Part shown: one piece after another, positions 51,072 to 64,000 of the stretch | Layout of the letters: each line of letters opens with the position of its first letter | Numbering within the stretch: the first letter of the stretch is position 1 | NCBI RefSeq assembly: GCF_006345805.1 | Contig: NC_043003.1 | Span: 75,702,001 to 75,766,000 of the forward strand | Direction of reading: 5' to 3' | Origin: Octopus sinensis | Lineage: Eukaryota | Length of the DNA: 64,000 nt | Translations under genes and position numbers: made by a program | The notes under the pieces: generated by a model | Databases searched by the model: none | Told to the model about the DNA's origin: nothing | The model's input: only the letters and a program-made list of their open reading frames with translations

Positions 51072-54000
51072 TACACGCGCAAATATATATAGAAAGGGAG
51101 TGAGATAGATAGATAGATAGAATGTGATATCATCGACAATTAAGTTAGATATATGTGCATTCACCCTCAAACACAAGTTCAAATATATGCACACTAACAG
51201 TTAGACACACATCCTCACATCAAATAATTCTGGTTAACATTTTGTCAATGAAGCGAAATGTGGAATCTCTCAATTAATTAATCAGAGCAATCGGGGAAAA
51301 TATTGAAGTTTTGTCTCAACTTTATTGCGATTAGTTCTCCATCTGCTGATTGGTTTCATATACGTTTCCACGCGTATAAAATAATTGGATATGATAGTGT
51401 TAGAGGAATAACTGTAGAGAAAGAGATATAGATCTTAAGAGATAGTGCGTGAAAGAGACAGATCCTCTCTGAGAGTTAGTGAGTGATTAATGCATATCAT
51501 GAAAGCTGATTGAACCAAAATTTTATTGAACACGCAAGGATTTGAAATGCATTTGTTGTTGTTGCGGATTGAAAGTAGGAAGATTAATATTATCGGATTA
51601 AAAACAGCACATATGTTAAGTAGATTTTGATCTGATATACGTGTGTTTTCTTTTAGTTTTATACATTGCAGAGTGAAGCAATAATATTACAAATTTCCAA
51701 AGTAGCGAGACTAAGCTTACGTGGTGTTCATTCAAGCCTTCATAAGAGACTTGGAGACAAGAGTATCCCTTTAGCATTCGATTCTAATGCGCATTAAAAT
51801 ATTGTTGAATCACTATTGCCAGCATAACTTACTGTGATACTACTGCTTCTATTTGAGCGTTAGCGTGGAATCGATTGATAGCCTTTTGCTATATGACACA
51901 GGTGCTGGTGTTGGCAAAAAGTTATTTTCTGAAAGAAGGCCAATTGAATTCCTTAATAAGTTATTCTGATTCTCAGTTTCTGTTGTCTTTTTCTTTTTGT
52001 AATACATAAAATCAGTTTTCATGTATTACTAATTTTTAAACTTTTAAGTGGGATGTAACATACTCTAACACTAATTAACCTTCCTAAATCTCTAAATGAG
52101 GATACCACTGATATGAACAATAGCATATTTCTGCTATTTCTTTTACGGAGTTCAACGGTGTTTTGTAGAGAACCTTAATGGTAATAACTAGACACTGCCA
52201 ATTATTTAGTTCAGTATTTGACTCGTCATTTCAATTAACTATGAAATGCTTCATCTATTTAACTCTGAGTTCCTAGCTTACTATTTCAAGCATGGTTATA
52301 ACCAATCCAACCTATTAACACAGAGTACTCTTCACATTCTCTTTATAAACATGCTTGGTTATTTGATCTTTAAACACATATGGGCTAAAGGATTAATTTA
52401 AGATTTAATTTCATTAGTCATCACTTCTAAAACATCCACTGCCTTCAGCGAAGTGTATATCAAATTATCAAAGAAAGCGATAAGTTGACTGGGAACGTTT
52501 CTGGAATATCAATTGTGGCATGTAGGGTCTAATAGATCAATTCTATATACGGTTGCTAATACTCATATTATTTTATCAATTAACATCAGTGGAATTCCGT
52601 AATAAATGTTATAGAGTGTTAGACTCAACACTTGAATGGTCCACCAAGACTGCTGTCTGATTAATTTAGTAAAGAAGTTTAGTTGACAAAATCTTGTAAT
52701 AGTAATATATGTACTAACTTCTATTATTTTATCGTTCTCAGATAAATGCATTTCAAATTTGATAGTTACATTTGATCGAACAGACTAAAGAAAGGTGCAA
52801 TACGTCTGGTTTGCTGATCTGATACAGTCACATTTATATTCTCTTCCTATTTATTCCGTTTCATTGTTGTCTTTGCATTTCTATTTCTTGTTGGAAATGC
52901 TTGGTTAACAACGTGGCCAACTTTCAGAATATCTTGGGTAGATACGAACGGCATAATGCTTGTAATTGCGTTAAAATGTAGCATTTATTGGCACATCTTA
53001 AAGATACTGAATAGGAGGAATGGATCTAAAAATATAAGTCCTTTTTAACGGCTATTAGCTCGGCACAACACCCTTCGTGTGTTTGTAATTTTCTACGAAC
53101 AAGAGAAGCTCCCGGCATTTGTGCTTTCTGAGACTGTTTAGCACAACCAAAAATCGCGGATATAAAAACGGAAATAAATCAATCAGTGATTGAACGTACA
53201 TCTATACTAAGTGTGCAAGAAGCTTATAATCAATTTAAATAGCTTACTTCGCATGAACATTCTGAAGTTTATTTGTTGCTGTCTGCTGCCTTGGTGGACA
53301 TATTTCATATTCATTGAATAAGTATGAATCACCGCTTATAAATTACAAAATACTTTACAAAATATTTGAAAATATTAGAGTTAAAATGTACCACTACACT
53401 AAACAACGGGGTTGTCCCCCTCTGGTTGTATCCTATTTATTCACCACAAAATATTAAAACGACAACGCCCATCTGAATCTTATGTTAACATCACGATTTT
53501 CATAGATCAGCAATCTCAGCATAAGACTGAGAAATGGATTTGTGTTTCACTGTCTTTCAGTGGTCAAGGCAAGAACTGCTACTTACGTTGTTTAATATCT
53601 TCTCAGAGTAAGGATTATGTATCAAGCGATCAACGCTACGTAAAACAAAGATTTGCTTCAGTTGTATGAATTCTTATAATTTAGAACAGAAGAAGCAGTG
53701 TCGAGTAATAAGAAATGGTATTGCGTGTTATCGTGCCATTTTCATGCCAATTATTGGTGTCTAACAGTAATTATCTTACATCGACACAGAAGCGTAACCA
53801 TTTCCTAGTCACGACAGTCCGGAAGCTTATTCCTTTGTCTATAAAACATATCAACATCCACCTCATGAAGATTGCTAGCGAACGTATTACATTTAATCTG
53901 GAATTAACTCTGTTCAGATCAACTGAACGGAATTATCAATTCATCACGGAAGTTTTAAAGTGGAAAGTTAACCACGATTTGGATCTTATATTTAGTATTT

Positions 54001-54659
54001 CTGAAATATTTTAATTTTTCGTGACATTTGGATAGTGGCAAATCAAGTAAAATAAATAAAATTAGTAATTATACGTGTAATACATTAAAGTGACGATGAA
54101 AGCAGTCAATTCGCCGATTCATGAGAGCGACAGAGAGATAGCTAGCTTTGAGATATTGATTATTTCTTCTATACGTCCTGAGTTCAAATATTGCTGCTGA
54201 GTTTTTTTGTATCAGTCTTTCCTGTAATTATTACTCTCAGTTCAAATCATTCCCAGGTCAACACTGCCTTATAAGGTCTGTAAATAAAATGTTGACCCTG
54301 TATCTATACTAGGGTCAATTGGTATGCTTTTGTCGCTCATTCGTTCAGCCATTCCGTATTTTGTAAGAAATAGGCTATTGCCAAACGAGAAAGATGAGCT
54401 CAACCACGTCAAAGAATTTATTTTCCAAAATACATTGCATGTCACCACCACATGAAGCAGTTGAGGACCTAAGCCAAGCTAAAACAACTACTAAGATAGC
54501 ATTTCCTTCAATCATGTTCACTGAACGAAAATATATTATATATATATATTCAGCGTCGCATGCTGAAATATACCACACACACACACCTAGCCAATAGCTG
54601 GTCTGTCCTTGAGAAGACTGTGCATGTAAATATTCATCTACACTGCCTAGTACCCGGAA

Positions 54660-54940
54660 GGAGCCGTACACTCTCCCGGCCGCTGTTAAATAGATTACTG
54701 GAATTTCAGCTAGCATGATTACTAGCAGGTGGGATTTGAACTCAAAATGTAGACAGCCGGAAGTTATTTCTCAAACATACCCACTAATGTGGCCGACTAC
54801 TCTGCCACTCTCCCCTCCACAAAACAACTTGAAATTAAGTTATTCTCAAGAATAAAACACGCCACCTTGTCCGAGATTCGAACTAACTATCTAGGGATTG
54901 TGAGTGCTATCATCTTACAAGCAGTCCACACGCCTTCACT
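54660..54940 (-). mobile_element. two adjacent diverged SINE remnants
   Basis: gggatttgaactcaaaatgta..ctctgccactctccc (61963 family) and ctcaagaataaaacacg..gattcgaact..cacgccttca (7815 family). Confidence 0.5.
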
Positions 54941-57406
54941 AGTATTTTGAGTTACATATATCGAATATTTAGGCGACGTCGAGTCGCACAAAAGAGAATT
55001 CAAAGCGAAATATGTTAACAAAATTTGGAGTGTATTATAGGGAAATACTTGCATAAACATTTATAAACAAGTGATACGCAGAGTGATATGTATATATAGA
55101 CTAGATTTCAAACTAGAGTCGTCATGATTTTGCGGAAATGATTCTTTAGTTGAATTCCTAAGTATCGATATAACATTTCTCTAAGTTCCGCCACCTGCTT
55201 GTGATGTCAATTTAGCATTGCATAGGATAACTTAGTTTAAACATTTGCCGTGGAATAGGTAATTTTGTTTAATTGTCTACATACACTCAGATTCTTGGCT
55301 GTGCCGTTAGTTTGCTCATTAGGAACTACATACATTATTGTTCAGCTCTAATCAACTCTGTTGTTCTTACAATATTAAGTTCCGTGTGGCTGGTCAGGAG
55401 GTTTCTTCTCAGACGAAGAATTTCCTAGCCACATTAATTACTATATTCTTGATGGAAATCATTATATATACGGAGATTTTATCTTAAGAAGTTTGCTGAA
55501 AAATCAAGCCTGCAACATTATTTATCATTTTGAAATACACTTTTATTGAATTAATTATTGGCAAATTTACTAGAGGTTCATTATCTGTAGACGTATAACA
55601 TATGTTTCCGTTTATATTGCTATTTTTATACTTTTCGATACAGTTGTCTTAATTTATTTTGATTTTCTATTCGTATTACTGTACCGATATTTTTGTTGCC
55701 GGCTGATTGAGGAAAAGCTGCACCCGTAACCTTTCGTGTCATTTACCACAGATTAGAAAGAAAATAAGGAGGACAGATTTTATGTCAGGATGACTATGTT
55801 TAGTCGTGGTGCCACGTTTGGAATCGGAAATTCCTACTTAGGGAAGGTACAAAAGTAGTCAACTCTTGTATCAGTGATTCATGATAGAAAATGCAGAGTT
55901 AGGATTACGTGGGCTATACGTAAACGCTGTAAGCAACGAAAATTTAAAAAAAGACTTGAGTGGTTTCTTTAGATGTTTGCAGTTATAACAGGAGTAAAGA
56001 CCCATAAACACAAGTAGTATTATGTTGTTTCACATGGGTTATAAAAGGAAGGACAGACTATACATCTTTGAGGAGGATATCTTTAATCTTTAATACACAC
56101 ATTACCCTGTAGTATATTTCCAAAGATCAAGGCGTATGGATGTAAATAGGATGGGGAAGATGGAATAAAGGAGGAACATTAAAGTTTTGTAAGGAGGGAA
56201 CTGCAGCAATAAGCGCATTCATTACGGCAATAGCAGGAAAAAATTGTTGGATAGATACATTGTTATTTGAAAGCATGGTCTGTACGTTCCATGTGGTTCT
56301 GAGCCCCGTGAAAGAGAAGGAGGTGGTTTATTAGAAGATTTTACTGGTGCATGCAGTATGGAGATGTATGCTAAGTGATAAGGAAGTGCGCTGTATTTTC
56401 TTTGTAGGTGCTTATTGTAGCATCATTTTGTTGGAAATGGAGAAGAAACTAGCATTGCTCAAACTTAGTATTGAATGTTATGGCAGGGGAACAAAAGGTC
56501 CAACAACTTGGATTATGTGAGTGATCAACATAGCCACGCATTATAGTTCAAAGAATATATTCGATCGAATGTAATCACTTTTAACACTGACCTCTTAGTG
56601 TGGTTATCTAAGATTTACATTATGCCTTATCTCCTACGTTTTAAATACTGTTTGCTGTGAATCAAGGGAAATTGGCTGTTGTTTGTCGTATGTTCACGAA
56701 ACGCGTTGATATTTCGTGAACATTTATGAAGCATTTGGAATATCTACATGACCAGATATAACCTAACTCTCTACGAATATATAAAGTGCTACACGTATAT
56801 TTTATGATTTTTATTGAGTTCAAATGTTTGGGAAGAGGAATGTATGCATAATGCGCGAATTTTCAAAATTGGATGGAATAGCATAAGCCAATCTTTATAA
56901 ATGTGTTATTTATAAATGTGTGACTGCGTTCATAAAGGAAATAAGCTTTTCGCAGCCATAACAAATTATTCTAATCACAACGCCAGATAACAAATATTTT
57001 TTGTTACAAGCTCAATATATATATATATATATATATATTGATAAAACGGTAAGATAACAAAAGAAAGAAAGAGACCTCAATATTATGTAAATAGAGGAAA
57101 TTTATATATACAATATGTTACATTACTCGGTAGTCAAGATAAAACTCTGAGTTTCAGATGCCGAAGTGGAAATCCACAACACCATCTCTTCGGGTATCTG
57201 GCTATTTGAAAAACGTTATGAAAAAATATACCGTTAAAAATGAAGGGAAATTACTCTGTTATAACTCTGCTTTGCCTGCGTACTTATACATCGCTCGCAT
57301 TTTTCGTCATAAAAATTATATAAAAATACATAAAAATATATAAAAATATATAAAAATATATAAAAATATATAAAATCTTCTTGGGACATAACACAGAAAG
57401 CATGTT

Positions 57407-57820
57407 CTATCCGTTTTCTTTAGGGGACCAAAAACGTAACAGAAATTTAGTCACATGTGGGCATGATCCGAAAAGCTCTGTCCTTGTATTTAGACATGTG
57501 GTAGGGTCTAAGCTGCTTTTCCAGATAAGCCATCTCTCCATGTCGCATAAACCGCACCTTCCGCTGCCGTTAGTATAGGGCTTACATCTGGCCAAAATCT
57601 TCCATTGTATGTTATAATCGACACCTTTATCTCTTAAAGACCAAATATGATTGGATAATTGTGTCGCTTTTCTTTTGTTCCAGTGCCTAAAGCTCAAAGT
57701 GTGGTTATTGAACCTGGCCTTGAAATTACCCTCTGTCAGGCCCACGTATTTCTTCGTCGAAACGGTGTCTTTAGTGGTTATAGAGTTTACGGTAGCTTCA
57801 TATATGATGGTCTTGGACAT
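57407..57820 (-). pseudogene. PLE GIY-YIG endonuclease C-terminal fragment (open frame, left arm)
   Basis: TIIYEATV..KKYVGLTEGNFKARFNNHTLSF..WKIL..PY..CGLCDMERWLI..LNTRTELFGSCPHVTKF. Confidence 0.85.
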
Positions 57821-57823
57821 GCA

Positions 57824-58266
57824 GCTAAATTGTGCCCGCTAAATGGAGCTTGCATGTCCAAGACCATCATATATGAAGCTACCGTAAACTCTATAACCAC
57901 TAAAGACACCGTTTCGACGAAGAAATACGTGGGCCTGACAGAGGGTAATTTCAAGGCCAGGTTCAATAACCACACTTTGAGCTTTAGGCACTGGAACAAA
58001 AGAAAAGCGACACAATTATTCAATCATATTTGGTCTTTAAGAGATAAAGGTGTCGATTATAACATACAATGGAAGATTTTGGCCAGATGTAAGCCCTATA
58101 CCAACGGCAGCGGAGGGGGGGTTTATGCGACATGGAGAGATGGCTTATCTGGAAAAGCAGCTTAGACCCTACCACATGTCTAAATACAAGGACAGAGCTT
58201 TTCGGATCATGCCCACATGTGACTAAATTTCTGTTACGTTTTTGGTCCCCTAAAGAAAACGGATAG
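57824..58266 (+). pseudogene. PLE GIY-YIG endonuclease fragment (right arm, frameshift near 58115)
   Basis: KLCPLNGACMSKTIIYEATV..YVG..; ggaaggtgcgg of the left arm is ggagggggg in the right arm, shifting the frame. Confidence 0.85.
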
Positions 58267-58548
58267 AACATGCTTTCTGTGTTATGTCCCAAGAAGATTT
58301 TATATATTTTTATATATTTTTATATATTTTTATGTATTTTTATATAATTTTTATGACGAAAAATGCGAGCGATGTATAAGTACGCAGGCAAAGCAGAGTT
58401 ATAACAGAGTAATTTCCCTTCATTTTTAACGGTATATTTTTTCATAACGTTTTTCAAATAGCCAGATACCCGAAGAGATGGTGTTTTGGATTTCCACTTC
58501 GGCATCTGAAACTCAGAGTTTTATCTTGACTACCGAGTAATGTAACAT

Positions 58549-58604
<56 letters not shown>

Positions 58605-59175
58605 ATATGGAAATTATTTCATATTTAGAGCCATAAGAGTTTGAAATCTAACGATAACATTATTGCAAAGAAAACAACTACTTGTTATACGGATACATAC
58701 ATTTACCTATTTACTTATATACATATACACACATGCATACACACACATATAGACACAGAATCACACAAAGACAACTCTTTATGTATATTAGGCACAAATA
58801 TATGTGCGTGTGTTTGTGTTTGTATATATTATAAATTTTCAATTTTCAAGGAAAGATCCAGAGGAACAGCAACAAGGTAGCCAAATGTCACATAAGCGCC
58901 TAAGAAGTTAGTAATCTCACTTGCGTTTATTAATTCCGAGAAGTGGGTCGTGTTTTGGAGAACATAAGTATAGTGGAAATTGGAGACAAACAGACAAGAT
59001 GTTGTTTAAATTATTTATATCACCATATCACCGATATGTTTTTCGATTGATCCACTGCGATAAATCCGAGAGGAAGATGTATGTGGAAAAGTACATCAAT
59101 CGAAACATGTGTTGGTGATATAAATAATTTAAATAACATCTTGTGCGTTAGTCTCTATTATCCTTATGTATATAT

Positions 59176-59217
<42 letters not shown>

Positions 59218-59261
59218 GTGCGTGTGTGCGCGTGTGTATCTATGCATATATACATGTATGC

Positions 59262-59305
<44 letters not shown>

Positions 59306-61962
59306 ACATTTTCAAGTATTTACGCTAAGATATGGAGTCGTGTTCTAACAGACAATCGCTTAATAAAAAATGTGCGTTATGCTATTCGCGGAAGAAAGGG
59401 AGAATCGTAAGAGATCTACATTGATATGTACTTACAGGTAGTGACGTAGATGTGAACCGGAAATATATGAATGCAACTGAAAAATCGATAAATCTTTCAC
59501 CAGTCTCCTGCCGGTAGTTTGGGAAAATGTTTCATTAAGAAATTTCTATTTAAAATATTATTTTAGATCAACTTCCAGTCCTATATTTATTCTACCTTTA
59601 GTTATGAGATATATATCGCTTTATGTCTAAAACTCTTCCGATTTTATACTCCTTTAGGGGAGTTTACCTACTTATTGTACAGGCGATGTCTGGTACACGA
59701 AGCTTTCCAGGAAACTATATTATTTGTATGAAAGCACACTATATTTGTATTCCTGTGTATATAACAGTTTTCTGATTTTTCACATTTTCAAGCATTGCAC
59801 ATATTAAAATTTATGTGAAAAACATGAATTTATAGATACTAAATATTTGTAGTGAATAACTTTTTCCAAATGTATGATTTATTTATCTAGTGAAGAAAAA
59901 ATTTTTATTTAGATGTGCGGTTGTTACCACAAGGGCAGTTGTCTGAGATTAAAGTTACGATCAGAGAGTAACAGGTGGTGAATATTCTAATTTTAGTTAA
60001 AATATAACGATGTTCTCCTAAATGAGAAAAATCTACTATCCGATATATCGAAGACTTGATTATTATTTGTTGCAGAATGAATAACCGTCTGTAGATGCAG
60101 AGGTCTGATTGCATTGCACCATGTTCATGTCAATATTCTAGGTTTTTTTTTATCTTTGCTCAAATCTAATAGTGCCAACTTACGATGAAAAATATTCCAG
60201 CTATTATCAGATGAATTTCAGCGTGGTATATTACATCCAGAATTACATCATAAAATATGCTTTGAATACTTTTCATCTGGAACATAGCCTTTAATTTTAG
60301 TGTGATTTGTTATATATATTTGTAAAATATCCTCACACAACCTATGATTTAGAAGACTTATTCAAAAGGGGAAATTTCCTGCATATGTTTTTCAGTCATA
60401 GCATATGAATGTGCGTCATAGTTTATTCATTGTACTCCTATTTTTTATAGCAGTTGCATGTAATTAGAAAGGTGTTTTGGTTGCAATTATTAGCAGATCC
60501 AGTAACAATATCAGCGCATATCAATGTTTCTTAATGTTGCAGATATAATTCAACTGGAACAACTTAAAAATGAAATAGAACCAGGGTCGGAAATTTGTCG
60601 AATTTCAGATATTACCATTTGTATTCACTTATATTTTGTAATAATGTATATCTGCCTCGATTGTATGACCTAAACACTATTATACACTGCATAATAACCA
60701 ACTGCATTTGATTGCTTGTAAGGTTCACAACACTGTTGCAAACATGTAAACGTCTCAGGGCTCAGGTACCTATAATGAATCAAATTAAAGGCCGTGTGTG
60801 TGTGCCACTATATACAAATTATGGGGTTTTCAGTTTCTTCAGTAGATAATCCAAAACACGAAAATTATAAATCAGTCTCATTAGTAGTTACTACTCTTGT
60901 AGAAACTGAAATTCTAAACAACGAGCAAGAGCTTCCATCGCAGTGTTGCATATATTATCTAATTATTTAAAACGGATAGAAAAATGGTTATGTATATGAA
61001 TATACAACGTCTCGAAGGTTTTTTCACGGGTGATTAAAAATTATTGAATATATGTTAATATCATATGAAATACAAATTGTGTGTCTTGCTATGATATATG
61101 ATATTTGAATCGCCGGTTTATTAAATTATATTGAAGATCAAATTAAATATTGAATGTAATATTTGCTGAATTCTCTCGTCTTCTATCAATATAATACTTA
61201 TAATATGGATTTTGTTACTGTAATAATATGAAAATGATGTGGTCTGCTTCTTTTTATCTATAAGAAGCAGACCACATTATGTTAAAATGTGGTATAGGAC
61301 AGCTTCTGCTCAAGGTAATATTCTTGTAGAGATGATTGTTACTAAACGAGTTTGGTTATTACAAAATAACAAGACTAATATCTACGAATCAGTGGATATT
61401 ACATACCAATGGCCGTATCAACTCTTACAGAAATCTCCCAAAATCTGGGTTAAGAGAATGTGAGCTGCGCAGAACCAGCCTTAGGAAGCTTATTGCAAAA
61501 TGCTTGTGTATCAAAACTGCATTGAGAATGATTTTTAAGAGAAAATGAATAGCTAATGCGTTATATATTCTACAAAGCATCATTGAAAGAGCAGAGGAAG
61601 TACAATAACAACAGCATTTGCTTTTGATTGATTGTACAAGCAATCTTCAACAGGAAGAAGTTTTAGCTGAGTAGTCGGTGATGTAATAATCTTTGTTTAA
61701 TATAGTATTACTTGAGCTTGTAAAACCATTAATAGGCATGTTTATAATTTACGTCATAATAATTAAAGAATCCTTAGACATATATACAGTATTACAAATT
61801 CTAATTAAGATATCCCGATGTACACTGCAATACATAATAAGCAAATGCTATTATATTAGATTGATATAGTTACATTTCAATAATAACCAAGAGAAAATCT
61901 CATATTAACAGAAGTCCTTGCCAAACATTCAGTGTTCAAAATACCTCGTGATATATAGTATC

Positions 61963-62199
61963 GGCGAGCTGGCAGAAAGGCGGCGAGCTGGCAGAAACGT
62001 TAGCACGTCGGGCGAAATGCTTAGCGGTATTTCGTCTGCCGTTACGTTCTGAGTTCGAATTCCGTCGAGGTCGACTTTACCTTTCATCCTTTCGGGGTCG
62101 ATAAATTAAGTACCAGTAACGCACTGGGGTCGATTTAATACCTATGTCTGTCCTTGTTTGTCCCTTCTATGTTTAGCCCCTTGTGGGCAATAAAGAAAT
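61963..62199 (+). mobile_element. well-preserved tRNA-derived SINE with duplicated head and 12-bp TSD
   Basis: ggcgagctggcagaaa occurs twice at the 5' end; GATATATAGTAT at 61950-61961 and 62201-62212. Confidence 0.88.
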
Positions 62200-63164
62200 G
62201 GATATATAGTATGCATGACTGATTTTGGCTTGGAGAAGATTTTGGAAAAAAAAAACTGCTCTCAATCCCTGAATTCAAATGATGCTTTAAAAGCGAGCAA
62301 ATTGAATAATAATTGTAATGGAAGGAACTCCAAGTAAAGAAAATGCGTCGAAATATCTGTTGATTTACATAATCTTATTAAACGCCTAGTTTCACAGGAA
62401 AGTACTTCTTATTTTACTCGGCAAGAACTTTGGTGTAATTATAAATAAAGGATGGTGTTATTATTTGTAAATGATATGCAGCAGATATAATTTTTACACT
62501 GAGCCCTAGCTTCGCTACTAATGTGAAGAATTTTACATGTCATAAAATAACTATATCCACTGACTGTTTATGTATTACACCAGCACGTTTCTAACTGTGT
62601 GAGTTCTATAATAGAGAAACAATCTTATATGAAGCAGAAACACAAAAAAATCTAACTTTGTTGCCACTCAAAGTCTGCATATATACGTGACCGAAAGGTT
62701 ATGTAGAAGATGAGGATTGTTAACTCAATTACTCCTTCATTCAAAAACACCGAACTATGTAGTAGACTTGAAACACTAAAGCTTTATTTGATCATTGGGA
62801 GAAAATATTTCGATTACTGAAAAATGATACCAGGCAATTATTAATTGTAGCATATCCTCGCAAATACACTATTGATTTCACTTTCAGAATGTAAGTTCCC
62901 CAAATATTGACGAGGCATAAAGTCTCTACGTATTCTATCGGTTAGATCATTTTGATCATCATTTGAATTAACGAATTAGGTTTTCCGCAAATTTTCTTCA
63001 AAATTTCCAAAGCGAAATAAATAAAACATCCTCGGTGTGCTCAATGCTTCACCTGTAGTTTATAGAGAAGATATGTGATATTTAGTTTGATGTTAGATTT
63101 TCTAAAACTTTTAATAACTCGATCGATTAACAGATTTCATAAATGTACATAAAGGCATATTCTC

Positions 63165-63530
63165 TTTACTCTCTTTACTCTTTTCCTTGTTTCAGTCATT
63201 TGACTGCGGCCATGCTGGAGCACCACCTTTAATCGAGCAACTCGACCCCGGGACTTATTCTTTGTAAGCCCACTGACTTATTCTATCCACTGACTGTTTA
63301 TGTATTACACCAGCACGTTTCTAACTGTGTGAGTTCTATAATAGAGAAACAATCCTATATGAAGCAGAAACCCAAACAAATCTAACTTTGTTGCCACTCA
63401 AAGTCTGTATATATGCGTGACCGAAAGGTTATGTCTCTTTTGCCGAACCGCTAAGTGACGGGGACGTAAACACACCAGCATCGGTTGTCAAGCAATGCTA
63501 GGGGGACAAACACAGACACACAAACATACA
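63165..63530 (-). mobile_element. SINE with (AAAGAGT)n tail, interrupted by a locally templated insertion at 63284-63434
   Basis: ttgtttcagtcatttgactgcggccatgctggagcacc...tctcttttgccgaaccgctaagtgacggggacgtaaacacacc. Confidence 0.85.
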
Positions 63531-63552
63531 CGCACATACATATATATACATA

Positions 63553-63854
<302 letters not shown>

Positions 63855-64000
63855 CAACAATTGAGGGTAAAATTAATTAATCAATTTCACCAAGTGTTCA
63901 GTATGTAAAAGGACCATTTAAGGCGAATTCAAAATATTACATTATATAATTAGGGCTTAGTAAAATAAATTACTTTGCCACATACTGAACTTAGTAGAAA

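Larger units (their letters stand above)
57040..58560. mobile_element. Penelope-like retroelement 2 (possibly Hydra clade), 5'-truncated, near-perfect head-to-head palindrome inside (TA)n
   Basis: Arms ~57103-57823 and 57851-58560 are reverse complements with few differences; 27-nt spacer; GIY-YIG ORF points outward in both arms. Confidence 0.88.

Noticed and set aside
52250-52760. Possible decayed reverse-transcriptase fragment on the minus strand
   Set aside because: Only vague resemblance and no catalytic motif visible.
55780-56520. Purine-rich stretch possibly from a decayed LINE endonuclease
   Set aside because: No diagnostic motif could be read in any frame; needs a profile search.

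Overview
AT-rich, microsatellite-saturated eukaryotic DNA. The interspersed-repeat repertoire (several tRNA-derived SINE families, long (TA)n/(CA)n/(CT)n tracts) resembles Octopus genomes as I recall them; this is inference, no search was run. I found no convincing host protein-coding exon, so the window looks intergenic or intronic, and most ORFs in the track are microsatellite artefacts. Recognisable elements: a decayed ZMYM1-like hAT transposon, three mariner and one Tc1 remnants, a Gypsy-like remnant, many SINEs, and two Penelope-like retroelement (PLE) remnants with GIY-YIG endonuclease, each arranged as a head-to-head inverted duplication. Main result: the ~404-bp tandem array at 23537-27102 (8.8 units) carries a type I hammerhead ribozyme on the minus strand of every unit. 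The core is canonical (CUGAAGA, GCC/GGC stem II, GAAA, palindromic ACUGCAGU stem III, GUA cleavage site) and stem I is UCUUA/UAAGA, with its first pair broken in copies 5 and 9. This is the architecture of a non-LTR retrozyme predicted to release ~404-nt monomers or circRNAs. The array sits in (TA)n like both PLEs, which carry variant hammerhead-like motifs of their own and are candidate mobilising partners. Further minimal hammerhead motifs and two locally templated ~150-bp insertions inside SINEs are also present.
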